Of a DNA stretch of 64,000 nucleotides, positions 12,437-26,764 are shown one piece after another. The notes beneath the pieces are model-generated. The model was not told where the DNA came from. It saw only the letters and a list, made by a program, of their open reading frames with translations, and did not search any database. Source of the stretch: Octopus sinensis (taxonomy: Eukaryota); NCBI RefSeq assembly GCF_006345805.1, contig NC_042999.1, forward strand, positions 164,424,001 through 164,488,000, read 5' to 3'. The position numbers and the translations under genes are program-made. Numbering within the stretch: the first letter of the stretch is position 1; each line of letters begins with the position of its first letter.

Positions 12437-13835
12437 AAAATAAACTAGAATAACAAAATAATTAATTAATAGATATACTTTAAAATATATATATAAGATA
12501 CTAAATATGCATTAATTGAACATTAAAAACAATACTTAAATTATTCAATACTTTAAAATTAATTAATATACACAATGCTAGTACAAGTCATTAATATTGG
12601 AATCAAAATAAGAAATGGTTCAAATATAGACAAACTCATTAAATAAGCTAACTATATAATTAATATATATGTGTAGTATCTATAGATTTAATATATCACT
12701 CTATAATATAGTTGACTAAATATCAATTAATATCAATTATATACATGCATGTATAGATATGCATATATACATATAAAATATGTGTATATATACATTGATA
12801 TATATATAAACACACATATATATATAATTATACAGATATATTTATACGTATGATATATTTATACGTATAAATAAGCTAACTATATAATTAATATATATGT
12901 GTAGTATCTATAGATTTAATATATCACTCTATAATATAGTCGACTAAATATCAAATAAATATCAATTATATACATGCATGTATAGATATGCATATATACA
13001 TATAAAATATATGTGTATATATACATTGATATATATATAAACACACATATATATATAATTATACAGATATATTTATACACATATATATATAATTATACAG
13101 ATATATTTATATATTGAGCCAAAAAATTAACTTAACTAATTTAACTTACCTAATTATCTTAAATTTAATACTACTTAATAAATATACCACCTAATAAATA
13201 AATAATATATTGTCTAAGAAAATTAATTCTCAAATTAAATTAAATGTAATGTTAAATCCCTTTATATATATTAAAACAATCTAAATAAATAGATATAAGA
13301 ATTAATATCTATCATAATTTATAACTATCAATATATATAAAAATGATATAATGGCGAGAATTATTTGCTAATGGAAAGTAAGAAACGTTTAAGCCCCATA
13401 AATTAAAGAAAAGAGATCTAATGTATTACATTTAATTTAATTTGAGAATTAATTTTGTTAGACAATATATTATTTATTTATTAGGTGGTATATTTATTAA
13501 GTAGTATTAAATTTAAGATAATTAGGTATTATATTAATTGATATTTAGTCAACTATATTATAGAGTGATATATTAAATCTATAGATACTACACATATATA
13601 TTAATTATATAGTTAGATTATTTAATGAGTTTGTCTATATTTGAACCATTTCTTATTTTGATTACAATATTAATGACTTGTACTAGCATTGTGTATATTA
13701 ATTAATTTTAAAGTATTGAATAATTTAAGTATTGTTTTTAATGTTCACTTAATGCATATTTAGTATCTTATATATGTATATATATATTTTAAAGTATATC
13801 TATTAATTAATTATTTTGTTATTCTAGTTTATTTT

Positions 13836-13939
13836 TAACCTGATGAGTGGCTATATTTATATCGAAGTGATTTTACAACTACTATTAATTTTTTTACTAT
13901 AATCATTTCTTAAATATAGCCACGAAACATGTGCCATTA
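13836..13939 (+). ncRNA. Hammerhead ribozyme-like motif (mirror copy)
   Basis: CTGATGA at 13840-13846, stem II 13847-13859/13911-13923, GAAAC at 13924-13928. Confidence 0.6.
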
Positions 13940-14504
13940 TTCTACCAATTATATACGTTTTTATTATTATTTTTTTTTTGCAATTTACTCAATCATCGAT
14001 ATTTTATTTTTATTTTAATATTTCTATTATATGTAATTTTCTAGATGGTGTAATTTAATTGTTCATTTTGAATTGATAAAAGGTGTTTTTCTCTAATTTT
14101 CATATATATATATATATTATATTGTTGAAATTTGATTTTGTATTTCTAAATTGAATTTTTTCCCTGTAAGTTAGGATTAATATTCCCTCAAATAATCATT
14201 ATATATATATATATATATATAATATGTATAAATGAATAAATTCACACACACATACAGATACATACAAACTTGCAATATAGTCTTTCGCTGATGAGAAAAT
14301 ATTTTTAATTCAATACTTACATATGTGTCTATGTATTAAGCTAGATTGCATATACAAAGAAATAAAAGCCATAAGCAAAAGATTAAAATTTGATGCTGAC
14401 CACTGCCACTTGAAATGGTTATCTTTAAATGTTTATCAATATACTTAAATGCGTTAAAAATAAAAATAATACTATGTAACAACATATTCCTTAATAAATA
14501 TATA

Positions 14505-14552
<48 letters not shown>

Positions 14553-16059
14553 AATTATATATGCATGTGTATACATTTATTTACATATAAAACTACTGCT
14601 CTGTGTGTGTGTATAAGAACATAATTGAAGTAAAATTTATAACAATGTTCCCAGGTTACAGTATCTATTTTGTTGTGTATTTTGGTGTGACAAAGGAAAC
14701 AATTTATTTTTTTCCTTTTATTCCCTTCTCTGTCTCCTGATTTGTATTGCTACATAAAGAATAGCGAATATATTGAATTTTTCAACTGATTTGTTATTGA
14801 ACTGTACCAATGCTTGGTCATTATCTTCAAAAAATTTAGCTTCGTTTTATGTGTACTCTCCACCTCTACAGGTGTTTAAGACATTTGAAAAATATTTGCA
14901 CGTATGCCATGTATGGTATGGTCAATTAAATATGTCTATACATATGTTTTTCTGACCTTAATACTTAGTTATCATTGCAGGAGGGACGAAAGGCGAATTT
15001 GACATGGATGGGATTTGAATTCAGAAAGTAAAGGGGTTGTAATTAATATCACAAAATATTTTGTCATTGACTATGTCACTTACATATATAGATAGATAGA
15101 TTGAAATTTGAGATACATACATACACATATATAGGTACATGTATATATATATATATATCGCACATACACACATATATATATAGTTAGATAGACATACACA
15201 TATACAGATATATATATGTATGTATAAGACTATTTTTTATTGTGTGCCAGTAATTGCTTTGTTAAAACAAAAAAGTTTTAAAAAAAATTAAAAATTCAAA
15301 AAGTCTTTTCATTTATTTATTTTATTTATGACACAATAAAATGAAAATAAAAATATAAAATAAAAAATGAAATCGATGCATATTTATTTATTTAATTTTC
15401 GTAGGAAGGGATTTATTTTTCAAGATGTCATGATTTTAGGGAAGAAAAAAAAAAAGAAAAAAACAAAAATTATACCAATGAAAGGAAGGCAGAGCTTGAG
15501 ACATGATTTATTCCTTTACAATGATACTTGATGGGATGAGTAACTTATACAATTGACTCGTAGTGCAAAGTGCAGGGAATAATGACAGAAGGGAGCCAGC
15601 ACAAGACTATACAAGTGAAGTATTATTATTATTGTTATTATTAGCGTTAATTTTTCATTTTTTTCCCTTTTTTTTAAAAAAAAAATAACAGTATATTTTT
15701 AGTATTTTTGTATGTTTTGTTCAAGAATATGTATTATGAAATAACATATTTATGAAATCTTGAAGAGTTAAGAATACCAGGACAAAAAAAAAAGAAAGAA
15801 AAAGGTAAATTATGTATAAAAATAACAAACAAAAAATAAACAAATTATACATATGCAGAATGTATAAAAAAATGTTAATGACAAGGGGCAGAAAAATGTT
15901 AAGAAAAATAACCCACACAATTTAACCAACTTCAGCATATATATATATTTTTTTTTTTTGTATTTTTTAAACCATTTTCAACGCAGTTTGGCCATCAAAC
16001 ACTGGGAATTCATAGTAAAATGTAAGTAAAAATTTCTTATGAAATAATAACAATAATAA

Positions 16060-16475
16060 TAATGGTTTCAAATTTTGTCACAAGGGCAACAATTTTGGGG
16101 AAGGGGCAAGTCGATTACATCGACCCTAGTATTCAACTGGTACTTATTTTATCAACCCCAAAAGGATGAAAGGCAAAGTTGACCTCAGCAAAATTTGAAC
16201 TCAGAATGTAAAGATATCGCTGGGCATGTTGCCTGGTGTGCTAATGATTTTGCCAGCTTGCCAATAATAATAATAAATTGTTTCAAACTTTGGCACAAGA
16301 CCAGCGATTTTCTTGAGGGGTGGTGGCAAGTCGATTACATCAACCCCAGTATTTGACTGGTACTTTTTTTTATCGACCTTGGAGGGACGAAAGGCAAAGT
16401 TGACCTTTGTGGTATTTGAACTCAGATCTTAAAGCAGGAAGAAATGCTGCTAAGCAGTTTGCCCAGCTCACCGCC
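16060..16475 (-). mobile_element. Two tandem family-A SINEs separated by (TAA)n
   Basis: Two copies of the GTCGATTACATC..ACTGGTACTT..GAAAGGCAAAGTTGACCT..TTTGAACTCAGA body, flanked by TAA repeats. Confidence 0.8.
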
Positions 16476-16481
16476 TTAATG

Positions 16482-16512
<31 letters not shown>

Positions 16513-16620
16513 CAATAACAATAACAACAACAATGATGATAATAATAATAATAATGATAATAATAATTATAAATGCACAATATTCTTGTCAATAAAAATG
16601 TTTTTAATGTACACAAAATA

Positions 16621-16670
<50 letters not shown>

Positions 16671-16935
16671 AGAGGGGAAAGGGGAAGATAACCTCAATGA
16701 AATGACCTCAACTACAGCAAGGAAATGTATGCATGGAGTTTTGAAAATCAGTAAAACCTGCATGGAAGCCAAACACATAATGGGGGATCACTTGGTTGAT
16801 ATGTGGATGTGTGTGGATGTATTTATTCATAAATATGTACATTTATGTGTGTTTGAACGATGGAGCATATACATATATATATATTTGTATGTATGCATGT
16901 ATCTTATGTATGTGTGAATGTGTGTGTGTGTATAT

Positions 16936-16977
<42 letters not shown>

Positions 16978-18317
16978 CATCATCATGTGTCATTTAATGT
17001 CCGCTCTCCATGGGTTGGATGGTTTGACAGGAGCTGACCAGGCAGAAGATTGCACCAGACTTCTGTGTCTGTTTTATATATATATATCATAAGCTGAAAT
17101 GTTTTCTTTACTGTAACTATTAGTTTTGCAGTTAGGGTGGTTATATGAAGAAAGTTTATTGACAAGATACATTTGAATCAATATATTCTAGACTTGCATT
17201 TGTATGTACATAATTTGAAATGATTTACTCTAGGAAAAAAATTGGGTAAAATGTTGATAACTGAAGCAAGGATGAGACTGATTGAGAGAAAGAATATAGG
17301 TGTGTTTCAGTATGTAAGCTCCACTGCAAAGAAAGCACAGCCTTTGCTCATAGCAGCAGTGCTATATAGGAATTTGTTGAGGTTGTGAAAGTGGAATCTC
17401 ATATATGCAGAGGAAAGACATTAGTTGTGTGACTCTTAGACTCTTGTAACAGCAGGTGAAACTCTCTGATGCAAACATATCAAAAGACATAAGATGCTGC
17501 AAAACTACTGCCATTATTTAATCATGAAGTTAAATATTTTGTTTTTGGGAAATTAAGAAAACTGAAATTTTAATTTCATGTAATTTCAATAAAAACACGA
17601 CTAGTTATAGTTATCAATATGTTATTTGAATGTATCCTGCAGAATTTTTTCATTTTTGTTTTACTTGAAATGTATATTCTAAGTTGATAACTAAATACTG
17701 TATCAGATTTCTTTACTTCAGTTTTGTACACCTGAACAAGAGAACAACCAGAAAAGTCACTGAGACTGGATGTCTATACATAACACTATACTGCATTACT
17801 TTATTTTATAGTTATTCATGTTATTTGTGTTATTAATTATATTTTCCGTATTTAACGTATGATCTCTAACAAGGCACACATCAAAGTGCATGCCACTAAC
17901 ACATATACAGGAGTTCTGTTCTATTGTACATAGTTTCCATTTTAATGGTAACTATCTGCAGAAAATTTGCTTGCTATATTAAGAATTTGAAGCACTTTTC
18001 ACTGGCATTGAGAGACTGGAAAATATTTGAAGAAATGGAGTGTTATACTAAAACAAAGATTAAAATTGGAATGACACTGTTTACTTAAGAGATTGAAGAA
18101 GATAGAAATATTGATAATAGAAGGAAGACAGCAACGCAAAATTTGAAAATCATATATTTCTATATCTATGGGATTATTAAGGTGAACTTTTGTTAAATTA
18201 AAAACATTAAAGATCTGTGTGATGATAAATTAGAGGAGTCTACTGCCCTCAGCTACATATATATATATATATATGCATGTGTATGTATATATATAAATGC
18301 AGATATATGTATGTATA

Positions 18318-18355
<38 letters not shown>

Positions 18356-18416
18356 CTGCATTTGTTACTAAGTGTGTTTAAGCTCATATGTATTGTAATA
18401 GAGTTGTATTTCATAA

Positions 18417-18460
<44 letters not shown>

Positions 18461-18583
18461 CATGGATAAGAAAAAGTGCAATATTCCACAAGATCCATCT
18501 TTCAAAATTAAAAATATATACACAAATGGTGCAGTTCTAAGTATAAGTGTGTGTATGAGTATACACACACACGCACACACACG

Positions 18584-18636
<53 letters not shown>

Positions 18637-19293
18637 ATATATATAAATATATAAATATATATATATATATTACTGTGTTTCATATATAGTGTGTGAGAAA
18701 GAGAGTGATAAAAAAAAAGGAAACAATCTATGAATTATATATAGAGTGCTGTATGTAAGAAATGAACCTGTTGTAGGGAGATCTTAGTCATTGAGGGGAC
18801 ATCCCAAAAGCACCACAGACTGCCTGAGGCAATTAAGAAAATAATGTGATTCTACCACTGGGTGTGTTCAAACACGGCACAGTTGTAAAGTGTTAGTTGA
18901 GAGATTAGAAGGGTGTGAAGAGAATAGTCATTGAGAAGGTAGTTTAGCGAAAGAGTGGGTTATGTATGTATGTGTGTGTATGTGTATGTATGTGTATCTG
19001 TGTATACGTGTGTATATATATATATATATGTACACATGTACACACATTCACGTACATACATGTTTTTGTGTCTATATATATAATATCTATGTATTTATAC
19101 CCCTCTTTGAGAAATGTTTGGAAAACTGTGATGATGTCAGCAGTAATTAAATGTGTGCATTTGCCTGTTTCTATATAAATATAGGTATATAAATTAGAAA
19201 CAGACGATATATCTATATCTATCTCTATGTATGTATGTATGTGTATATACATATATATTTAATGTATACATACACAAAAACACATATGCACAC

Positions 19294-19328
<35 letters not shown>

Positions 19329-19649
19329 CACACATACATCTTTATATACATATGCACATACATTTATTATATGTGTGTGAGTGGTTGTGCCTATATGTTT
19401 TGTGTATGTGTTTATTTACATACATATACATGTATATATATATATATACATATATACACCACACACACACACACACACACACAGAAACATAGTTAAAAAG
19501 ACATTCTGGTTGACCAACTTTAGCCAAAAATGAGAGTGGAGAGAATTTCAGCCTATGCAGCCATGGTGCCAGATTTAGCAACACAAGCTGATCCAAATAA
19601 AGATTGGCACCTCATTGGCCATGGTCTGGGGGTACAACAGCTAATATCT

Positions 19650-19802
19650 TCAAACAGAGATAACAAATTCAGGATTGATGTAGGAGAATCCAGCAAATTC
19701 AGTCTGGTCTAAATTCATAATGAACAGTTTGTCTGTTGGTGTCAACTTTGGAGCTTCACTGGTGAATTCGCGGTCGAAATTGCTGACATCTTTTTTGCTT
19801 TT
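19650..19802 (-). CDS. PKC: Conventional protein kinase C, distal terminal exon (PKC-betaI-like AGC C-terminal tail)
   Basis: Minus strand: pyrimidine tract and acceptor cacttttcttttaacAG, then in phase 0 KSKKDVSNFDREFTSEAPKLTPTDKLFIMNLDQTEFAGFSYINPEFVISV* (153 nt). It has the NFD motif, turn motif LTPTD and hydrophobic motif FAGFSY, and closely resembles the vertebrate PKC-betaI tail. Confidence 0.95.
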   Translation of the reverse strand, partial: KSKKDVSNFDREFTSEAPKLTPTDKLFIMNLDQTEFAGFSYINPEFVISV

Positions 19803-21057
19803 CTGTTAAAAGAAAAGTGAATAAAATTGAGAATGAAAACAATAATAAGGCTTAAGGTTGGAGCTATATGTATAAAAACAAAAGAGTAGCTGAGCAACAA
19901 TAGGAATTTAAACTTAGAATTTGTAGGAGAGCTGTGATTTATTGATTCAAACCTGTGTATCATTGATATTTATTTTATCAGCTTCACAAGGATAGGTAAA
20001 AAGAAAAAAGTAAAGCTTTAATGTGGCAAGATTTGGGTTGATGATGTGATATAACTAAATGGCATAAAGAGGGATTGAAGACAGACAATCAAAGCTATCA
20101 GCAGTGAGGGAAGAATAGGAAATGCCAACATCTGCAAAGAAGTGTATGGGACTTTATATAGTGAGTTGTTGACGTGAAGAGCCTTGGGTTTTTCTCAACA
20201 ATCAGCAAGCTATAACACTGTGCAAGAAAAATTTTTTTTGTTTTTTTGTCTGTGTTATTTCCCACTTGCTTTTATTTAGAAATTAAAGGAAATGATAACT
20301 ATTCCCTTGAAACATTGCTTTTGTGACACGGACATCAATGCTTTGAAACTGACCTATTTTTCATAACACTTCAGACAGATTCAGTGCTGAATTGCTGAAG
20401 CAGAAATATTGTTATAGCAAATATTCTGCTCAATACCACAGATTTGCTTGTTAGTTGCTTGACCTTAAACTATTTGAGCATGTCCCTTAGTGGCTGACAA
20501 TATGTGCATCTCTGATCATGAACAAGAGTAGTGGAGGAGCATCATAGCCATGTGTTGAGAGGGATTCTTTGGCATTTGAATGAAGGTAAGAAAAGCAAAA
20601 TTTAAAGGAAATAGCCATTTTCCATACTTTCTAGGGCGAAGTAAATAGGAGATAACAATTGTTACCAAGGACAAAAATTGTGTTACACAGTGTAATTCAT
20701 AAATATGGATGGGGAAAACTGGCTGAGTTTAAAGTATTGGACAATTGATTATATGGCATTTTATTAGTTTAGATTGTACAACTAAGCAAGGTATATAACT
20801 CTGCTTAACCTAGTTTAGTTAATTGAATAATAAACCAGGTTCCACTTCTATTTCAAAATTGAGTGGTTAGTGGTAAAAAATGGTATTGCCAAGTTATCAA
20901 CAACAACTATTTCTCACATAGATAGGAATCCTGAGATTTGTAAAACATTCATGGAAAGTTGAGGCAATAATCCTTCTCCCAAGTAGAAGCCAAGAATTCG
21001 TAAGATGAGAACATACATTTTGAGAAGAACTCTGGCTTTGCCAATTTAATAATAATA

Positions 21058-23523
21058 TGGATGGTGCAAAATCCCTTCTCGACCGAAGGTAATGTGGCGG
21101 TGGAACAATGTTGTTGACAGGGCTATTAGGGAAAAGAAACAGGCTTCGAAGGACTGGAAGAACGGTGGTAGCAGGGAATCATATCTGACTGCCGAAAGGG
21201 ATGCGAGGAGACAGGTTTATTTAGCCAGGGGAAAAGCAGATAAGAAAAAAAATTTGCCAATATTCTGCACCGTGCGGACCAAAGACTTGAGGTATTTTGT
21301 ACTGCGAGACAGTGTGTGAGAGAGAATTGTGATGTCATAGGAGAGATGTGTCCGCATGGATGATGGTTCACTTGCATTAAATGAGGCTGCAAAAAGAGAA
21401 GTATGGAGACACCACTATGAAGGGTTGCTAAATAAAGAGAAGGAATGGGAGAAAGAGAGCCTGCCAAATGCTGACCCAACAGAAGGACCAGCTATCCGAA
21501 TTGACAGTGCCTTGGTAGATAAAGCAATTAAGGGTATGAAGACAGGGAACGCTCCCAGCCCATCAAGAATCACTGCAGAGATGCTCAAAATATCTGGCAG
21601 TGTTGGCTATAGCCTAGTCACCCATATAGTCAACCAGGTGATACACAAAGGAGTCATACCCAATGACTGGTGTAGCAGCATAATAGTCAACTGTTACAAA
21701 GGTAAAGGTGATGCCCTAGATACAAATAATTACAGAGGTATCAAGCTATTGGATAAAGTAATGAATGTCTCAGAGAGGGTTGAAGCCCACCTAATTAGGG
21801 AGAGGGTCAGTCTAGATGAGATGCAGTTTGGGTTTGTGCCAGGGAAAAGCACTATTGATGCTATATTTCTAGTAAGACAGCTGCAGTAGAAATACCTAGC
21901 TACAGATAACCCCTCTACCTAGCTTTCGCTGACATAGAGAAAGCCTTTGACAGATAAGCTGATCCCTTATCTGGTGGTCAATGAGGAAACTAGGGATAGA
22001 TGAATGGTTAGTGAGAGCTGTTCAAGCCATGTACAGGGATGCTGTTAGTAAGGTGAGGGTTGGCAACGAGTACAGTGAAGAATTCAGGGTAGAGGTAGGG
22101 GTCCACCAAGGCTCAGTCCTCAGCCCCCTCCTATTTATCACAGTCCTCCAGGCAATAACAGAGGAATTCAAGACAGGATGCCCCTGGGAGCTCCTCTATG
22201 CTGATGACCTTACTCTTATTGCTGAGTCACTATCAGAACTAGAGGAGAAGCTTCAGGTGAGGAAGCAAGGATTAGAATCAACCTAGCTAAAACCAAAGTC
22301 TTAATAAGTAGGAAGGCAGACAAACCACAAATCCCTTCAGGTAGATGGCCCTGCTCGATCTGTAGAAAGGACATAGGTAGAAACTCTATAAGATGTACCC
22401 AGTGTAAGCTATGGACACATAGGAGGTGCAGCAATATCAAAGGAAGGCTAACTGGGAAGATAGTTTTTGTATGTGGCAGATGCTCGGGAGCAATAAACAT
22501 TGGAAATGTGCAGAGAACGACTTCTGTCATATTCTAGGGAGAAAAACTACAAGTAGTTGACAGCTTCCATTACCTAGGTGACCAAGTCAGTAGCAGGAGT
22601 GGATGCTCTGAATGGGTAGCTGCTAGAATAAGAATAACCTGGGCAAAGTTCAGAGAGCTCCTACCTCTGCTGGTGACAAAGGGCCTCTCACTCAGAGCAA
22701 AAGGTAGACTGTATGATGCATGTGTACTAACAGCCATGCTACATGGCAGTGAAACATGGGCCGTGACTGCTGAGGACATGCGTAAGCTTGCAAAGAATGA
22801 AGCCAGTATGCTCCAATGGATGTGTAATGTCAGTGCTCATACTCGACAGAGTGTAAGTACCTTGAGAGAAAAGCTGGACCTAAGAAGCATCAGATGTGGT
22901 GTGCAAGAGAGACGACTGTGCTGGTATGGACATGTGGTGCGAATGGATGAGGACAGGTGTGTGAAAAAGTGTCATACTCTAGCAGTTGAGAGAATCTGTG
23001 GAAGAGGCAGACCTAGGAAGACCTTTGATGAGGTGGTGCAGCACAACCTTCGAACATTGGACCTTACTGAAGCAATGACTAGTGACTGAGACCTTTGGAG
23101 ATATGCTGTGCTTGAGAAGACCTGGCAAGCCAAGTTAGACCATAACCCATGGCCTATGCCAGCAGTGTAACCAGCCTACTTATGCATTGCTAGCGAAGAC
23201 CAGTTGAGGCAAGTGAAATCACAATCAAAATCAAATTCGCTGACATGGCCAATGACAGCATCGCCTAACTGGCACCCGTGACAGTGGAATGTTAAAAGCA
23301 GCATCTGAGCATGATCGTTGCCGGGGCCACTGACTGCCTCCCATGCCGGTAGCACATAAAAAGCACCATTCGAGCATGATCATTACCAGCGTCGCCTTAC
23401 TGGCACATGAAAAACCACATTCAAGCAAGGTCATTGCCAGCGCCGCTTGACTGGCTCCTGTGCAGGTGGCACATAAAAAACACCATTTAAGTGTGGCCAT
23501 CGCCAGTACCACCTGACTGGCCC
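21058..23523 (+). mobile_element. RTE-clade LINE, 5'-truncated, with stops and frameshifts
   Basis: ORF fragments 21356-21889, 21981-22286 and 22673-23089 are homologous to the 505-aa ORF at 54206 (NYRGIKLL, QFGF, HQGSVLSP, YADD). Several ~61-bp 3' repeat units follow. Confidence 0.95.
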
Positions 23524-23524
23524 T

Positions 23525-23718
23525 CAAATTGTTTGGATGCATCGTCACCCATTTTATGCCATGTAGATCGATCTAGGCAATGACTTCCTTAAGATGTCAG
23601 ATTAAGCTGTAGAGGTTTAGTGTTTGCTTCGACTTATCCTCATCCCTAAGGAGAGTTCTTCCTTTGTCACGATATCCCTCCACTTGTTGGCCATACAGAA
23701 GAATTTTCAGAATTCGTC
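23525..23718 (-). pseudogene. RTE-BovB-like LINE C-terminal fragment
   Basis: Minus translation RILKILLYGQQVEGYRDKGRTLLR..DRSTW..FE resembles the K.LLYG.L..G.R..GR....DR..W motif of BovB-type RTEs. Confidence 0.55.
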
Positions 23719-23967
23719 ATCATCAATATAATAATAATAATAAGAATAATAATAACAATAATAATCCTTTCTGTTATAGGCACAAGACTTGAAATTTTGT
23801 GGGGAAAGGGTTAGTTGATTACATTGACCCCTGAGATCAACAGGAAATTATTTTATCATTGTCAAAAAGAAAAAAAAGAAAAACCAATTTGAAATGAGAA
23901 TGAAAAAAATGAGGACTAATGCCACAAAGTGTTTATTCTGATGATTCTGTCAGCTCACTGCTCTCCA

Positions 23968-25032
23968 CTCTAAGGCGATTGTCCATAGGCTCTACATGAA
24001 GAAGGTAAAGGTGGACATGGGCTGATTAGCATACGGGAGTGCATCAACAGTAAAAGAAGAAATATGGCAGAATATTTGGTGAACAACAAACAAAACCTGC
24101 TACAGTATGCTGCTAATGCAGAATAATTTACCAAAAATGGACTTGAGAATGCTAATGAATTCCGATCATGAACAACCAATGAGAAAGAAGAAACCTTATT
24201 CCGCATGGAATTACATGGTCAGTTCCACCGTGAAATTAACAGCTTAAAAGACCAGGAAGCATCATAGAGGTGGCTCAGCAAGGTAGACCTAAAAGAAGAA
24301 GACTGAAAGCCTAATCATTGCTGCCCAGGACCAGGCATTGAATACCAACTCAGTGAGAAGGGATACATATCACACAAGTGCAACGAACCGTTGCAGAATG
24401 TGTAGGAAGAGGGTCGAAAGCGTGACTCACTTTGTTAGTGCTTGTGAGAGTCTTGTGCAGAAAGAATACAAGTGCAGACATGACAAGGTAGCCCAAAACC
24501 TTCACTGGCTACCATGCTGGAGGTATGGATACGAGGTAATAGGTGCTTGGTACCGACATACACTGGAAAAGGTAATGGACGTAAAGGGGAAGGCAAAAAT
24601 CCTCAGGGACTTTGACTTCCAGACAAAGAGCACTGAAGACCAGATACAATAACCTTTAGAAGGGACAAACAAGAGTGAGTGCCTAATCTGGCAGTGCCAG
24701 GAGATCAACATATCATCGTGAAAGAAAGAGAAAAGATTGATAAATATGGAGACCAGAGAATTGAGATCGCTAAGATGAGGCAGCTACAATAGTCAAATGT
24801 AAAGGTTGTCCCTATTGTCATTGGAGCATTGGGTTCAATACTACTCAACCTGAAAAAACATCTGAAAGCTTTAGAAATAGCCTACAATCTGGGTGTATTG
24901 CAAAAATCATCATTACTTGAAAGCGCATACTGTCTGAAGTCCTCGTGGTGACTTGACAGACAGTACAAATCCCCATTAGACACAATATCTTCAATCAACA
25001 ACATCCCGATATTGGATGTTGTGAAACATCTT
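23968..25032 (+). mobile_element. R4/Dong-like non-LTR retrotransposon 3' relic (restriction-like endonuclease class)
   Basis: HRLY..GG.GLISI, TESLIIAAQDQALNTN, CCHC knuckle CRMC..ESVTHFVSAC, RHDKVA, DFDFQT, KIDKY, VVPIVIGALG. The 3' end runs into (TAA)n. Confidence 0.85.
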
Positions 25033-25249
25033 TAATAATAATAATGATAATATCCATTTAAACGTGTGTGTTGTATTACATGAATCAATTTTGCTACTGC
25101 CCCTGCCACTTCCCCTCTCCAAGCTTTCAGTCATACTGCAACATTTCTTATCCTTCACTCGCCCTAGGATGCTGGGTGTGTCTTGGCAAGTGATTTTAAC
25201 AAACAAGCAGATTATTATTATTAATAATAATAATAATTATTATTATTAT

Positions 25250-26723
25250 TTCTACTAAAGGCACAAGGCCTGAAATTTTGGGGTGGGGACTAGTTGATTA
25301 CATTGACCCCAGTGTTTCACTGGTACTTAGTTTATTGACTTCGAAAGGATGTAAGGCAAAGTTGACCTCGGCAGAATTTTAACTCAGAACATAATGATGG
25401 ATGAAACAGTAGCAGGCCAGGCAAAATGCCACTAAGCCTTTTGCCTGGCCTGCTAATGGTTCTGAAAGCTTGCCGTCCTAATAATAATAATAAATCTTTT
25501 CCCTATAGGCACAAGGCCTAAATAATAATAACAATGGTTTAAAAAAAATGGCATAAGATTAGCAATTTCTGGGTAGTGGGAAAGTTTTATTGACCCCCTA
25601 AAGGATGAAAGGCAAAGTCAACCTCAGCAGAATTTGAACTCAGAATGTAAAGAGGGGTGAAATGCTGCTGAGCGCTTTGTCTAGTTTGCTAACAATTCTG
25701 CCAGCTTGCTGAGTTTTTAATAATAATAACAAGAAGAAGAAGAATCCTTCCTACTATAGGAATATAGGGAAAGGGAGGGGGATAATTGCTAAATTGACCC
25801 TGGTACTCAACTGGAACTTATTTCATTGACCCTGATAGGATGAAAGGTGAAGTTGACCTCAGCGGAATTTGAGCTCAGAACATAAAAATGGACAAAATTT
25901 CTGCAAAGCATAAGCATAATAATAATAACGATGATAATAATTCTAATTTTGGCACAAAGCCAGCAATTTTGAGGGGAGGGGTTAACCAATACCTTTGGTC
26001 CTAGTACTTGATTACTATTTATTTCACTGAGCCTGAAAGGCTGAAGGGCAAAGCTGACGTTGGTGAAATTTGAACTTGGAGCTTAATGAGTTGGAAGAAA
26101 TATCACAGACATTTTGTCCATTAATGATTCTGCTGGCTCTCCTAATAATAATAATAAGTCTTTCTACTATAGACACAAGGCCTGAAATTTTTATTATGGT
26201 TTTGGGGTGCTGGTCAATTACATTGACTCTAGTTCTCAACTGGTATGTATCTCTTTGACCCCGAAAGGATGAAAGGCAAAGTTGCCCTCAGTGGAACTTG
26301 AATTCAGAGTGTAAAGATGGACAAGATGCTGCTAAGCATTATGCCTGTTGTGTTATTGTCTCTGCCAGCTTGCCTTATTATTCTTTCATCATTTTTGGGT
26401 TTGGGGGTCGATGAAATAAGGACCATTTGAGGTCATTGTAATCAGGCCCTCCCACCAAACTTTTAGACCTTGTGCCTATAGTAAGTAGGATTATTATTAT
26501 CATTATTAAGGTGGTGAGATGGCACAATTGTTAGCACGCCAGGCAAAATGCTTAGCAGCATTTCATGTGTCTTTATTTTCTGAGTTCAAATTCCACTAAG
26601 GTTGGCTTTGCCTTTTATCCTTTCGGGATTGATTAATTAAGTACCAGTGAAATACTGGGGGTTGTTGTAATCCACTAGTCCCCCTTCCCTAAAATTTCAA
26701 GTCTAGTGCCTTAAGAAGAAAGG

Positions 26724-26726
<3 letters not shown>
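25250..26726. mobile_element. Cluster of about 7 family-A SINE copies separated by (TAA)/(ATT) repeats
   Basis: Minus copies at about 25250-25480, 25535-25712, 25745-25910, 25940-26140 and 26158-26375; plus copies at about 26380-26490 and 26510-26726. Confidence 0.85.

Positions 26727-26764
<38 letters not shown>

Larger units (their letters stand above)
12168..14099. mobile_element. Large nested inverted-repeat element, probably Penelope-like pLTR-derived, with a hammerhead in each arm
   Basis: Outer arms 12168-12733 and 13531-14099 are near-identical reverse complements. Inner arms are 13147-13250 and 13425-13528. Hammerhead boxes are present in both outer arms. Confidence 0.8.
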
